Virus record (IMG/VR): IMGVR_UViG_3300046168_000072
Location: 57,276-121,275 of that record
DNA: 64,000 nucleotides
Strand: one strand, 5' to 3'
DNA from: a virus
This document shows positions 1 through 10,156 of this stretch, piece by piece (the first letter of the stretch is position 1; each line of letters starts with the position of its first letter). The position numbers and the translations under genes were made by a program. The notes under the pieces were generated by a model. The model was not told the DNA's origin and made no database searches. It saw nothing but the letters and a program-made list of their open reading frames with translations.

Positions 1-3000
1 GATGTTGTGATAGGTGAATCATATTTTATCCAGAACTCAACTGTAAAATCATTTGATCCAAAATTAGCTGGATAAAAATGTAACAACCTACTAGTACTGA
101 AAAATAAAGTACTTTCGCCGAACAAGGTTTCAGAATTATCAATAAATGATTGATTGCTTACATTGTTTGGATTAGTGATTGTTCTGTTATTATCGCTTTT
201 ATCTTCAACTGTTCCTCCAGAAGATGCTTGTAGATGAAAATCAACTTCGCTGCAAGTTGGTTGATCTCCTGGAAAACCACATGGGTTAGCTAGTAAATTT
301 GCTGGCGGGGTGAAGTTGCCTGTATATACCGCTTTTTTGCTGATGCGAATATCTTGCATCTTACCGTCAAAGTGTGGAATTGTATTAGCAGGTGCCGAAT
401 GGGTCTGATGCCCAATTTTAAGCATATTGTTTGAATTCTCATTATTTACAGGCACAGCAGCAGGAGTTGAAGTGTCTTTTTGGCTACCATCAACATACAA
501 GCACATTGTTTTTCCATCCCAAGTAGCCGCAAGATGTACCCACTTGTTTAGAATATCAGCATCATTTACTATATGCCCTACGCCAACGTTCTGGCCACTC
601 CCGTTATATATTATAAAGATAAAACCTTGGGCATTTACTCCAAGTTTGAAACCGTGACTGCTTGAAGTGGCTGCGCTTGTTGAAAGGAGAGGTATAAACC
701 TCCTACCTAACCAATCTGTAGTGATCGCATCAACAAAAACCCAGCATTCTATTGTAAAAGGTGATGAGTAATTATTTATCCATTTAAATGTAGTATTATC
801 GCCGACGCTTAAAGCATCTCCGTTTCCATCGAAATTCATTGTGCCGCCGCCAAATAGCGTGGCAGTATTGTCTACAACTGTATCGCCAACAGTTGTTACT
901 GCGTGTTGGTTGTCGCTCTTATCAGCGATAGTTTCTCCAGCAGCTGGTTGAAGATGTAAGGCTACTTGATTGCAGTTTGGTTGATCGGGAGCCAATGTAC
1001 ATTCAAAATACCCAGTAATAGAAGCGTCTCTGTCAATAAATACAGTTTCCTGAGCATTTGTTTTTGGGAAGTTCGGTAAATCAGACCTCCATTCTTTAAA
1101 AGTGCAAGATCCGATATTCGGACCGCTAAACGCTTGAGCTCTGATATTTATGTTTTGATCTCCAGCGAACATGCCCCATTTGAATGTGGTCTCATCTATT
1201 ACGACAGTATTTCGCTCTTGATTTAAGTTTGAGTCGGCAAACAAACATACATCATGCACAAAATCGTGAATATTTGTTTGATTATTTAATCCAGCGCTAA
1301 ATGAAGTACTGGCGTTGTCCGCTAAAAATTGATCTTTATATTCTGTGTATTGATTGTACTCCTCGAGATTTGAAACGCAAGCAGGCGCTTCTGAGGGCGG
1401 AGCAACCGTATCTGCTCCAACTTTAACCCATTCTCCGTTACAACCAATATATAAATCACACCCAACGGTAACCAATTGACCGTCAACGGGATTATCTGGC
1501 AAATCAGTTATATCGTCGACAGAGTCTGCTCCATCACTTGAAGAAGAACTGCCTCCATAATATATGGCGTCTCCGTTATCAATAATGTCTTGAAGTGAAC
1601 TTGCTCCGTCAAAAAATTCCCAAGTAGAGTTGCCTGCAAGAAGAGTGTTAGAGTCTCGGTTATAAAAAGAGCCGTTAGTACCGCTAGCATCATTATTAAA
1701 TCCAACCCGCCAGTTCAAAAAATCATAAAATATCTGATCAGTTGAGCTTGTTCCGTTAATGTAATAAAATCTACCAGCCAAAACCTGATCTAGTGTAGAA
1801 GCTGCACCTCTTATAATTATCGAGTCAGGTAATTCACCTGAAAAGTTACTAAAGTCCTTTATGTAATCATTGTTGTTTAATGATGAGCCAGTAGATGGAG
1901 AAGAACCATCTCCGCCACCCGCTGGCAAATCAACATACTCTATCGTTTGACCGTCATCACTAACTTTCAAGTATTGGCCCGAGCCTTCGGTTAAAGCGCT
2001 TGGGGTGTCAGTTAAACCTGCAAAGGTAGAGGATCCTCCGCCAGCCCCAAAGTATAGAGCTCGACCACTCGATATGTATTCTTGTATTGAATCGAATTCT
2101 TTTCTGACATGTTGATCTGCAGAAATGCTCAAGTGAGATCCATCGACTGAATCAAATCTTATATACCACCTTTTGCTTATTAAGTTATTTGTTTCATAAC
2201 TAAACTGTTGACTAGTTACATCTCCGTTGGAATTGTAACTGGTTACCCACGCCGCAAAATCTAGCTGTATTAAATGGTCGTTTCCGTTGGTAGTTGTAGC
2301 ATTTATGTCTTTTATTAAAATTGCATCAGGTATTTGCACTCCGCTACCAATAAGTGGTATATTATCGATGTTATCTTGGATTTGATTAACGGCGCTGATA
2401 GGAGAACTGCCACCTGAAGAAGAACCATCTCCGCCAAAATAAATTGCATGACCATTATCAATTACTTCTTGGAGTGAGGTCGCATTATTATAGTAAGAAG
2501 CATTCTCACTAGTGAATTGCCCATTAAATATTGCATTACTTCCCGTTGAATCATTTTTAAAATATGCCATACGAGAATGCCCATCATATTCATGAAACGT
2601 ATACTTGATTAAATCAGTTGATTGGGGACCTGAAAATTCATAGAACCGCCCCACAACAGGTGAACCTAGGCCATTTTTTACAACAATCATATCTGGTAGC
2701 GTTCCTGCAAAATTAGACGTCTCTATAATTTGTAAGTTTTTACCTATACCGCCGCTTCCGCCACCTGCTGGCAAATCAACATACTCTATCGTTTGTCCGT
2801 CATCACTGACTTTCAAGTATTGGCCCGAACCTTCGGTTAAAGTGCTTGGGGTATCAGTTAAACCTGCAAAAGTCGAGGATCCTCCGCCGCCTGCAGAACC
2901 TCCGCCAAGATAAATTGCTCTGTTAGCATCTATAAATTCTTTTAATGTTGGCTTGTTGGTTATTGCAGATGGAATTTTAGAAAAGTCTATACTTGTACTT

Positions 3001-6000
3001 GAATTGTCAACCTCGACATATGAATCCCAGGTTCCATTGGCATTGTTTTCAAAATTAATGCTATATCTTTCTGATCCACCTATGTTCATTTCATATTGGA
3101 TAAGTTCACTCGGTGTTGACCTTCCAAAAAAACCTTCAAAAGTAAAAAATCTTGTTTGGATTTTGGATAAATTAGTACCTCTTAATATTGGAACATTAAT
3201 TTTGTCAGGAATAATTTCGGAAAAGTTACTTTTTGCGATTACGTCAGCATCAGATCCTATTCCACCGACGGATCCTCCTCCGCCTCCACCAGCAGACTTT
3301 GATACAGACAAAAAGCTAAAATTATCATCTATTGCCCATGATAGACTGGTATTGTTAGAGTATACTCTGCATCTCAAATAAAGAAAATCACCTTGATCCA
3401 AAGATAAATTATCAAGATATAAATGATTATTTAATGTTGTTCCATTGCCTGTATCTTTTGCTTCTCTAGTTTCTTGTATTAATACATTTGTACCATCGGC
3501 CTTAATGAGTTGCAGAACTGTATGAAGAAAGCTTACATTATCCCTCCAGAGATTATTGCCTGCTGTTACTGGACGTATATTAAATGATACATCATACAAA
3601 CCATCCTCTGGCACTAATATTCCGACTGTGTTTTGAGTGGTATCTGTGTGTATCCAATTTTTAGAATCAGTTGCTAATTGGTTAATGTCTAAATCGACAT
3701 CTGCTTCGGGATGCGCAATGCTTGAGCTTGATGAAACTTGAGCCCTACAAAATTCATAATTAGAAGAATCACCGCCGACTCCTCCTCCGACTGACCCTTC
3801 AGTAGTCACATAATAATCAAATTCTACTCCATTAAAATTCAGATGAGTATCATTAGCATTACTTCCATTTGCAACTTTAAATCCATTCTGAACTATGATT
3901 GAGGAGGTGTCAAATGTTCTAAAAGTGTCATGCGATCCATCAATAGCTCTCCATGAATAAAATGTATCAGGCTTATCTTTTAACATTATCGCATGAGCCT
4001 TGTGGTCGTTTCTTCCAAATATTTCCACGCGAACTGGAGTAAATCCAAGATCTATGGTTTGTTCCCCGTTATTGGCAACACTATTTCCTGTATATGTTCC
4101 TTTTTGAATTATGGCCTCTCCTCCGCCTCCTCCGCCACCATAATAAATCGCACGATTATTTTCAATAAACCATTTTAATGAATTTGTGGCGCTTGGTACA
4201 TCTTGAAAGTTTGTATGGCTACTGTACAATTGTGAGTAATCACCATTTGAGTTGTTGTTGAATGCAAATCCTAAAAATACACCTCCTTGATTTATATCTC
4301 TACATTCATAAAATATATCATTGTCAACACCATTTGTTGAATGCGGTTCATGTACAAATTTTAAATGCAATATTGCTTCTGATCTGTCAGCTGCTTCTGT
4401 GCTTATTGGAGAATGAGGCCATACAATTGCATCAGGTAAATCCGTGTAAAAATTAGATTTATCTTGAATAACTCGCAAAGAACTTGCACTTCCACCACTT
4501 AAAGATCCGCCACTTAAAGATCCGCCTCCACCAAAATATAATGCTCGACCATTATTTATAATATCCTGCAGGTTACTGTCGTCTGGGTGCAATATATGAT
4601 TTGTATTTGTAAGAGTATTCTGTAAACTTCCAGACACATCATCAATAAAGCTAAAAATTTTACTGGATCCATCTGAATTCTGCTGTCCATTATGATACTG
4701 GATTATGTGTGGGTCTTGGGTTGTAATAACAGCTTTTAAATCGTAAACTCTTGGATTATCGTTTTCAACAATAATGGCGTCAGGTACTTTTTCAGTAAAA
4801 GTCTCTATAAAGCTTTTGATGTATGAGTTATTTTCAGCAGCCCCGACATCACTACTTCCGCCGCCTCCTCCGCCTCCAGCAGGCATATCAACCCACTCTA
4901 ATCCATCAGCAGTTGATTGTAAAATTTTACCATCATCGTAAACATTTGGAGTATCAGATAAGCCAGTAAAAGTTAAAGAGCTACCATTAACTGGATAAAT
5001 CTTTTCCCAGTTTCCAGCATGCGCCATATAAGCAGCGCCCTCACTATGAACATGTGCAAACATGCCATGATGCTCGGAGGCAGAAGGAAGGTCGGAAATC
5101 GTTGAATAAGCAAGCCAATCTATTTCTTGAGAAGATATTTGCCCGCTTAAAGAACTATACTGAACTGCATCTTCACTATTATTAACTTGCAAAAATTTAC
5201 CAGAACCGCCGACATAAGAAGTAGGTGTGTCAAATAAACCAGTGATTGATAATATGTCTCTGTCTCCACCTAAATCTAAAACAGTAACATCTGTTTGAGC
5301 GTATTCAAAAGTAGTAGCAGATTGTGATTCTCCAACATAACTTACAACTTTAAAAGTCATTTGGTTTTGACTTTGTACTGCAGTTTTAACAGAGCCTCTA
5401 GCTCCTCCCTGATCGTTTCCAACGATTGAACCAGCATAATTTGATCTAGACTCAAAGCGCTGTCCTACATAATCGCCAGCAGTAAACTCAATGCCAATTC
5501 TTGTTTGTTTTGATCTAAAAACACCGCCTTCTGCATTTATTAAATACTTTCCAGCTGGCAGCGTAATTTCATTGTTGCTCAAACTTAAATTTTTAATTCC
5601 TGAATGACCTTGCAATTGCGTAATTTGACGATCATTCCATCCTTGTTGTGGTTGAGCGGTTTCGAGACCAATCAAAACTGTTGCGCCGCCAAACCCAACG
5701 AAAGAACCTGTTCCAAAAAGAGGGTTTACAAATTCAAGGCTATTTTCGGCAGCATTTACTTGCAAATATTTTCCAGAATGACCAACAAAAGAAGATGGCG
5801 TATCAGTTAAACCAGTAAAATCAACAATTGGATCAGGCAAATTAGCGTATTCTATCCCGCTTTCATCGTCTGAGACTTTCATAAACTTACCAGAAGCACC
5901 TGCATAAGAAGTGGGAGTGTCAACTAACCCACTAAATGAAAAATTAGGCACAGTTGGAAAAATTTGCACCCAATCGTTTCCATGAGCTATATAAGCGGAA

Positions 6001-7649
6001 CCAGAATTACCTCCTAGCTCGTCTATAGATACATAAGCAAACATTCCTGGATGATTGCTAGCATTAGGCAAATCGCCCCTTCTTAAATAACTATTCCAAG
6101 ATATTTCTTGCGAAGAAATTTCTCCGCTAATATCAATAAATTCAACACCATCTTCAGTGTTATTAATTCTTAAATATTTACCAGAAGAATTAACATAACT
6201 TGTAGGGGTATCATTTAAGCCTGTAAAATCAACAGAAGGAGAAGGAATATCAACATACTCAACAGCATTCGCGGCATTATTAATTTTTAAAAATTTATCT
6301 GCAGCAAAAGAACTTGGAGTGTCGGAAAGACCAGTAAAAGAAACAAGTCCATTATTGATATCTGCATATTCAATTCCAACATGAGTAGAGCGCAAAAACT
6401 TGTTTGATTCATATCCGCTTGGGGTATCTTTTAATCCAGTAAAGTATTCTGAGCCAGTAAAATTATAAGTGACATCTCCACCTCCAGGAGCAACAGGATT
6501 CCAGGCCAAGGTATTTTGATCGGTGAGTTGTAAATAACCACTCGTAATCGGAGTACTGGGTCTGTCATCAACGTCTTCCAAAAACTTGACGCCTGTAAAT
6601 TCTAGGCCATCTCCAGCTTGATTACCTCTGACAAATTTGACTGAAGTAATATTAGAAGGTGTGTCCGTCAAGCCAGTAAAATCAAAAACTGGATCGTCAA
6701 TAGGGACAAATTCAAGCCCAGTTTCATTCGCTTGCAAGTATTGCCCAGAAACATAACCAGTTGGAAATCCTTGTATGCCAGTTAAATTAAGTCCAGTAAT
6801 TAATTCATAGTTTCCAATGATTCCGCTCGTTAAATTATCATAAGAAGTGTTTGCTTGAAAAGAATTTAAAAGGCTGAGATCTCTTAAGGCCTTGTCTCCG
6901 ATGACTAAATCAGCTTTAGATCTAATACTTTCTAATACATTATAGATAGCATCAAAACTAAAAAAACTTTTGTTATTATATAGGTCTTGGGCCGCTAAAT
7001 AATTTTTAGCAACTAACTGATTTGAAAAATTATATAAATTATGTTCTCCATCAACAACTATTTCATTAAAAAATCGAGCATCATTAGATACAGCAATTGT
7101 TAAATAAGAAGTTGAATCTTTGATATTATTTAAGGCATTAAAAAGATCATCAGGAGTTTTTAAAATTGTTTGAAAATTATCGCTGGCAATATATAAGTCT
7201 TGGCGTACAGGAACAAAATAAACATCTTTAAAATAATAATCTATTCCACCAAAATTAACTATAAAATCATCCCAATGCGACAAAACTGCTGTAACATAAT
7301 TAATTTCAGTATCACGATCATTTAATCCAATAGTCCATGTAACGTCTTTGGTAAAACCAAAAGATGAATATTGCTTGGTTTTTGTTGTATCGCTTGGATT
7401 AGCTGGATTTAAAAAATTAATCCAATCAGTATTTGGTGCTGTTTCTGGAGCTTTAAATTCATCTTTATTAAACTCTTGTAGTATAACACTTGATTGAAGA
7501 GTGCCAATATCACCACTGGAATAATACGGGACTGGATTACCTTCCGAATCTCGAGCGCCAATATTTTCCTGCCCCGTAACCTTTCCCAAATAAAATTTAG
7601 GAATATTAAGAGCAGAATCGGTATTATCGAATCCAGTTATTATAGACAT
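1..7649 (-). CDS. Giant (>2549 aa, runs off the left edge) modular virion fibre/adhesin-like protein
   Basis: Absent from the ORF track, consistent with no stop inside the window. ATG at 7649-7647 overlaps the TAA of the upstream ORF (TAATG). Reads MSIITGFDNTDSALNIPKFYLG..., and the same frame reads NDFTVEFWIKYDSPITT at the left edge. Contains many F(T/A)GL(T/S)DTP linker repeats, two LPxASxHxGMFAxV...AYxAHxxxW motifs typical of marine myovirus fibre proteins, C1q-like and GTYTGN...LGFTP modules, and LamG-like domains (FDGKMQDIRISKKAVYTGNFTPP). Confidence 0.85.
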   Translation of the reverse strand, partial: MSIITGFDNTDSALNIPKFYLGKVTGQENIGARDSEGNPVPYYSSGDIGTLQSSVILQEFNKDEFKAPETAPNTDWINFLNPANPSDTTKTKQYSSFGFTKDVTWTIGLNDRDTEINYVTAVLSHWDDFIVNFGGIDYYFKDVYFVPVRQDLYIASDNFQTILKTPDDLFNALNNIKDSTSYLTIAVSNDARFFNEIVVDGEHNLYNFSNQLVAKNYLAAQDLYNNKSFFSFDAIYNVLESIRSKADLVIGDKALRDLSLLNSFQANTSYDNLTSGIIGNYELITGLNLTGIQGFPTGYVSGQYLQANETGLEFVPIDDPVFDFTGLTDTPSNITSVKFVRGNQAGDGLEFTGVKFLEDVDDRPSTPITSGYLQLTDQNTLAWNPVAPGGGDVTYNFTGSEYFTGLKDTPSGYESNKFLRSTHVGIEYADINNGLVSFTGLSDTPSSFAADKFLKINNAANAVEYVDIPSPSVDFTGLNDTPTSYVNSSGKYLRINNTEDGVEFIDISGEISSQEISWNSYLRRGDLPNASNHPGMFAYVSIDELGGNSGSAYIAHGNDWVQIFPTVPNFSFSGLVDTPTSYAGASGKFMKVSDDESGIEYANLPDPIVDFTGLTDTPSSFVGHSGKYLQVNAAENSLEFVNPLFGTGSFVGFGGATVLIGLETAQPQQGWNDRQITQLQGHSGIKNLSLSNNEITLPAGKYLINAEGGVFRSKQTRIGIEFTAGDYVGQRFESRSNYAGSIVGNDQGGARGSVKTAVQSQNQMTFKVVSYVGESQSATTFEYAQTDVTVLDLGGDRDILSITGLFDTPTSYVGGSGKFLQVNNSEDAVQYSSLSGQISSQEIDWLAYSTISDLPSASEHHGMFAHVHSEGAAYMAHAGNWEKIYPVNGSSLTFTGLSDTPNVYDDGKILQSTADGLEWVDMPAGGGGGGGSSDVGAAENNSYIKSFIETFTEKVPDAIIVENDNPRVYDLKAVITTQDPHIIQYHNGQQNSDGSSKIFSFIDDVSGSLQNTLTNTNHILHPDDSNLQDIINNGRALYFGGGGSLSGGSLSGGSASSLRVIQDKSNFYTDLPDAIVWPHSPISTEAADRSEAILHLKFVHEPHSTNGVDNDIFYECRDINQGGVFLGFAFNNNSNGDYSQLYSSHTNFQDVPSATNSLKWFIENNRAIYYGGGGGGGEAIIQKGTYTGNSVANNGEQTIDLGFTPVRVEIFGRNDHKAHAIMLKDKPDTFYSWRAIDGSHDTFRTFDTSSIIVQNGFKVANGSNANDTHLNFNGVEFDYYVTTEGSVGGGVGGDSSNYEFCRAQVSSSSSIAHPEADVDLDINQLATDSKNWIHTDTTQNTVGILVPEDGLYDVSFNIRPVTAGNNLWRDNVSFLHTVLQLIKADGTNVLIQETREAKDTGNGTTLNNHLYLDNLSLDQGDFLYLRCRVYSNNTSLSWAIDDNFSFLSVSKSAGGGGGGSVGGIGSDADVIAKSNFSEIIPDKINVPILRGTNLSKIQTRFFTFEGFFGRSTPSELIQYEMNIGGSERYSINFENNANGTWDSYVEVDNSSTSIDFSKIPSAITNKPTLKEFIDANRAIYLGGGSAGGGGSSTFAGLTDTPSTLTEGSGQYLKVSDDGQTIEYVDLPAGGGSGGIGKNLQIIETSNFAGTLPDMIVVKNGLGSPVVGRFYEFSGPQSTDLIKYTFHEYDGHSRMAYFKNDSTGSNAIFNGQFTSENASYYNNATSLQEVIDNGHAIYFGGDGSSSGGSSPISAVNQIQDNIDNIPLIGSGVQIPDAILIKDINATTTNGNDHLIQLDFAAWVTSYNSNGDVTSQQFSYETNNLISKRWYIRFDSVDGSHLSISADQHVRKEFDSIQEYISSGRALYFGAGGGSSTFAGLTDTPSALTEGSGQYLKVSDDGQTIEYVDLPAGGGDGSSPSTGSSLNNNDYIKDFSNFSGELPDSIIIRGAASTLDQVLAGRFYYINGTSSTDQIFYDFLNWRVGFNNDASGTNGSFYNRDSNTLLAGNSTWEFFDGASSLQDIIDNGDAIYYGGSSSSSDGADSVDDITDLPDNPVDGQLVTVGCDLYIGCNGEWVKVGADTVAPPSEAPACVSNLEEYNQYTEYKDQFLADNASTSFSAGLNNQTNIHDFVHDVCLFADSNLNQERNTVVIDETTFKWGMFAGDQNINIRAQAFSGPNIGSCTFKEWRSDLPNFPKTNAQETVFIDRDASITGYFECTLAPDQPNCNQVALHLQPAAGETIADKSDNQHAVTTVGDTVVDNTATLFGGGTMNFDGNGDALSVGDNTTFKWINNYSSPFTIECWVFVDAITTDWLGRRFIPLLSTSAATSSSHGFKLGVNAQGFIFIIYNGSGQNVGVGHIVNDADILNKWVHLAATWDGKTMCLYVDGSQKDTSTPAAVPVNNENSNNMLKIGHQTHSAPANTIPHFDGKMQDIRISKKAVYTGNFTPPANLLANPCGFPGDQPTCSEVDFHLQASSGGTVEDKSDNNRTITNPNNVSNQSFIDNSETLFGESTLFFSTSRLLHFYPANFGSNDFTVEFWIKYDSPITT
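1911..2888. repeat. Near-identical ~130-bp direct repeat (1911-2042 and 2757-2888) in the giant fibre gene
   Basis: Both copies encode GGSSTFAGLTDTPS(A/T)LTEGSGQYLKVSDDGQTIEYVDLPAGGG, offset 846 bp, with only scattered substitutions. Confidence 0.9.
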
Positions 7650-8617
7650 TAGTTATGATATTGAACAGTGAAAGTTACTGATGTGCCTGCAAGCAATCCC
7701 TGACTCGGAGTTTCAAACGGACTCTGATAGTTAAGGACATGCTCTAAATTAACACTCGTTGATGAAGCTTTTTCTAAACGAGCTAAACCATCGCTGCTTG
7801 AAGCGGAATAAGAATCAGGATTAGGATATGTCGATGGATAGTTTACCCAAATATTTCCTTGAGGACTAGAGTTGCTGATAATTGTAAAATCAGTAAATCC
7901 AAAAGCAGATGGACGATAATCAGTTCCACCAATACTTGCCAAGGATTTTTCTAAAGTTGAAATTTCTCCACTAATCGTAATTTGTTGTGTCGTTGGAGCT
8001 GCAGTCGTAGTCGTACTTGTTGTAGTTGTTGGAAAAGCTGTTGTAGTACTCGTAGTTGTTGGAAAAGCTGTTGTAGTACTCGTAGTTGTTGGAAAAGCTG
8101 TTGTAGTACTCGTGGTTGTTGGAAAAGCTGTTGTAGTACTCGTAGTTGTTGGAAAAGCTGTTGTAGTACTCGTAGTTGTTGGAAAAGCTGTTGTAGTACT
8201 CGTGGTTGTTGGAAAAGCTGTTGTAGTACTCGTAGTTGTTGGAAAAGCTGTTGTAGTACTCGTAGTTGTTGGAAAAGCTGTTGTAGTACTCGTAGTTGTT
8301 GGAGCCGCTGTAGTAGTCGGTGCCTGTGTTGTAGGTGCCTGAGTAGTAGGTGCCTGAGTTGTAGGTGCCTGAGTCGTTGGAGTAGCTGTTGTAGTAGTCG
8401 TAGTTATCCCTGGAAAAGCTCCATCAATTATGTGTCCTTGATTATTAACCTGTACAGAAATCACTCCAGCATTACCAGATACGCTAGATATAGAATACCA
8501 TAAATTATTACCGCTCCAAGTGTCAGTAAGTTGTGCGTCAACATACAAGCCAGTCAATGGGAAGTTATTGTTTTCTATTGCTCCTGAAACGTCAAAATAT
8601 AATTGTGTATTGTTCAT
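7649..8617 (-). CDS. Mucin-like Thr/Pro-rich protein, probably structural
   Basis: 322 aa. Short globular N- and C-terminal parts flank PTTQA and TTTAFPTTTS repeats. Translationally coupled to the giant fibre gene. Confidence 0.8.
   Translation of the reverse strand: MNNTQLYFDVSGAIENNNFPLTGLYVDAQLTDTWSGNNLWYSISSVSGNAGVISVQVNNQGHIIDGAFPGITTTTTTATPTTQAPTTQAPTTQAPTTQAPTTTAAPTTTSTTTAFPTTTSTTTAFPTTTSTTTAFPTTTSTTTAFPTTTSTTTAFPTTTSTTTAFPTTTSTTTAFPTTTSTTTAFPTTTSTTTAFPTTTTSTTTTAAPTTQQITISGEISTLEKSLASIGGTDYRPSAFGFTDFTIISNSSPQGNIWVNYPSTYPNPDSYSASSSDGLARLEKASSTSVNLEHVLNYQSPFETPSQGLLAGTSVTFTVQYHN
8022..8300. repeat. 30-bp tandem repeat, 9 copies (TTTAFPTTTS)
   Basis: ggaaaagctgttgtagtactcgt(a/g)gttgtt recurs every 30 bp, with ggaaaagctg at 8031, 8061 ... 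8271. Confidence 0.97.
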
Positions 8618-8629
8618 CTTTAAATTGTT

Positions 8630-10147
8630 TTATTCATTTGATTGGTAATAAATTTCTGTAGAAGTATTTGAAAAGTTTTCGGTAGCAGAACCCTGACCTT
8701 CTTGAGCATGAGTATAATAAGCACGGCTATAATATATTGAAAAATTAGTTGCATCAAAGTTTGGAACAGTATCTCCTTGGCCTGCTACAGCCTGAGTAAA
8801 ATAACCCTGAATAGTAGGCGCCTGAGTCGTTGGTGCCTGTGTTGTAGGTGCCTGAGTCGTTGGAGCTGCTGTAGTAGGTGCCTGTGTTGTAGGTGCCTGA
8901 GTCGTTGGAGCTGCTGTAGTAGGTGCCTGTGTTGTAGGTGCCTGAGTCGTTGGTGCCTGAGTCGTTGGTGCCTGAGTCGTTGGTGCCTGAGTTGTAGGTG
9001 CCTGAGTCGTTGGTGCCTGTGTTGTAGGTGCCTGAGTCGTTGGTGCCTGTGTTGTAGGTGCCTGAGTCGTTGGAGCTGCTGTAGTAGGTGCCTGTGTTGT
9101 AGGTGCCTGAGTCGTTGGTGCCTGAGTTGTAGGTGCCTGAGTCGTTGGTGCCTGAGTCGTTGGTGCCTGTGTTGTAGGTGCCTGAGTCGTTGGTGCCTGA
9201 GTTGTAGGTGCCTGAGTTGTAGGCGCCTGAGTCGTTGGTGCCTGTGTTGTAGGTGCCTGTGTTGTAGGTGCCTGAGTCGTTGGTGCCTGTGTTGTAGGCG
9301 CCTGAGTCGTTGGAGCTGCTGTAGTAGGTGCCTGAGTTGTAGGCGCCTGAGTCGTTGGTGCCTGTGTTGTAGGTGCCTGTGTTGTAGGTGCCTGAGTCGT
9401 TGGAGCTGCTGTAGTAGGTGCCTGAGTTGTAGGCGCCTGAGTCGTTGGTGCCTGTGTTGTAGGTGCCTGTGTTGTAGGTGCCTGTGTTGTAGGTGCCTGA
9501 GTTGTAGGCGCCTGAGTCGTTGGTGCCTGTGTTGTAGGTGCCTGTGTTGTAGGTGCCTGAGTCGTTGGAGCTGCTGTAGTAGGTGCCTGAGTCGTTGGAG
9601 CTGCTGTAGTAGGTGCCTGTGTTGTAGGTGCCTGAGTCGTTGGTGCCTGAGTCGTTGGTGCCTGAGTCGTTGGTGCCTGTGTTGTAGGTGCTATCGTTGT
9701 GGTTGTCGTTGTAGTAGTGACAGGGATAATACCCTCTCTAATGTCTAAATTAACAGTAAAGCAACCTTTCAATAAAGTATATACAAGTGCGTCATCGTTT
9801 CTATGAACAACACTTATGCCATAAAAATAAGTTCCCTCTAATAAATCTTTAGTATCATTATGCAAAAGCACCACACGCGCCTTGCCTTCTGAAGAATTTA
9901 ATAAAGTAATTCCTCCTGAAGTGCCTGTAGGAGGATGCTCACTATCTTTTAAAATAACAGCTTTAGAATCAGGATGAATATCCTTTTTCTTGATTGTAAA
10001 AAATACTAAATAGTTATCTAAATTAAGAGCTTGGCCATCTAAATCAAGATCTAAATCAAAAGAAACAGCATCACCACGATATATCGACAAGCAATCGTTT
10101 AAAGGCTTGACGCATGGTGTGGGGCATGAGTTTTTGATATCAGACAT
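8630..10147 (-). CDS. Virion protein: BppU-like N-terminal domain plus long mucin-like PTTQA stalk
   Basis: The N-terminus (IYRGDAVSFDLDL...GQALNLDNYLVFFTIKK...GKARVVL...TKDLLEGTYFYGISV) resembles phage baseplate-upper-type Ig-like domains. About 290 aa of pentapeptide repeats follow. Confidence 0.75.
   Translation of the reverse strand: MSDIKNSCPTPCVKPLNDCLSIYRGDAVSFDLDLDLDGQALNLDNYLVFFTIKKKDIHPDSKAVILKDSEHPPTGTSGGITLLNSSEGKARVVLLHNDTKDLLEGTYFYGISVVHRNDDALVYTLLKGCFTVNLDIREGIIPVTTTTTTTTIAPTTQAPTTQAPTTQAPTTQAPTTQAPTTAAPTTQAPTTAAPTTQAPTTQAPTTQAPTTQAPTTQAPTTQAPTTQAPTTQAPTTQAPTTQAPTTAAPTTQAPTTQAPTTQAPTTQAPTTQAPTTAAPTTQAPTTQAPTTQAPTTQAPTTQAPTTQAPTTQAPTTQAPTTQAPTTQAPTTQAPTTQAPTTQAPTTQAPTTQAPTTAAPTTQAPTTQAPTTQAPTTQAPTTQAPTTQAPTTQAPTTQAPTTQAPTTQAPTTAAPTTQAPTTQAPTTAAPTTQAPTTQAPTTQAPTIQGYFTQAVAGQGDTVPNFDATNFSIYYSRAYYTHAQEGQGSATENFSNTSTEIYYQSNE
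8812..9690. repeat. 15-bp tandem repeat array, ~58 units (PTTQA/PTTAA)
   Basis: Built from a few recurring 15-bp codon variants. It includes an exact 90-bp higher-order duplication (9301-9390 = 9391-9480). Confidence 0.97.
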
Positions 10148-10156
10148 ACCAAGACC

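Noticed and set aside
427-5810. Short ORFs listed in the track within 1-7649
   Set aside because: They lie antisense or out of frame to the continuous minus-strand fibre gene.
8022-9690. Regular 30-bp and 15-bp repeats as a CRISPR array
   Set aside because: Contiguous in-frame coding repeats with no unique spacers and no cas genes.
7982-9748. Plus-strand Cys/Arg-rich and Val-rich ORFs (7982-8503, 8112-8342, 8777-9748)
   Set aside because: Antisense shadows of the Thr/Pro tandem repeats.
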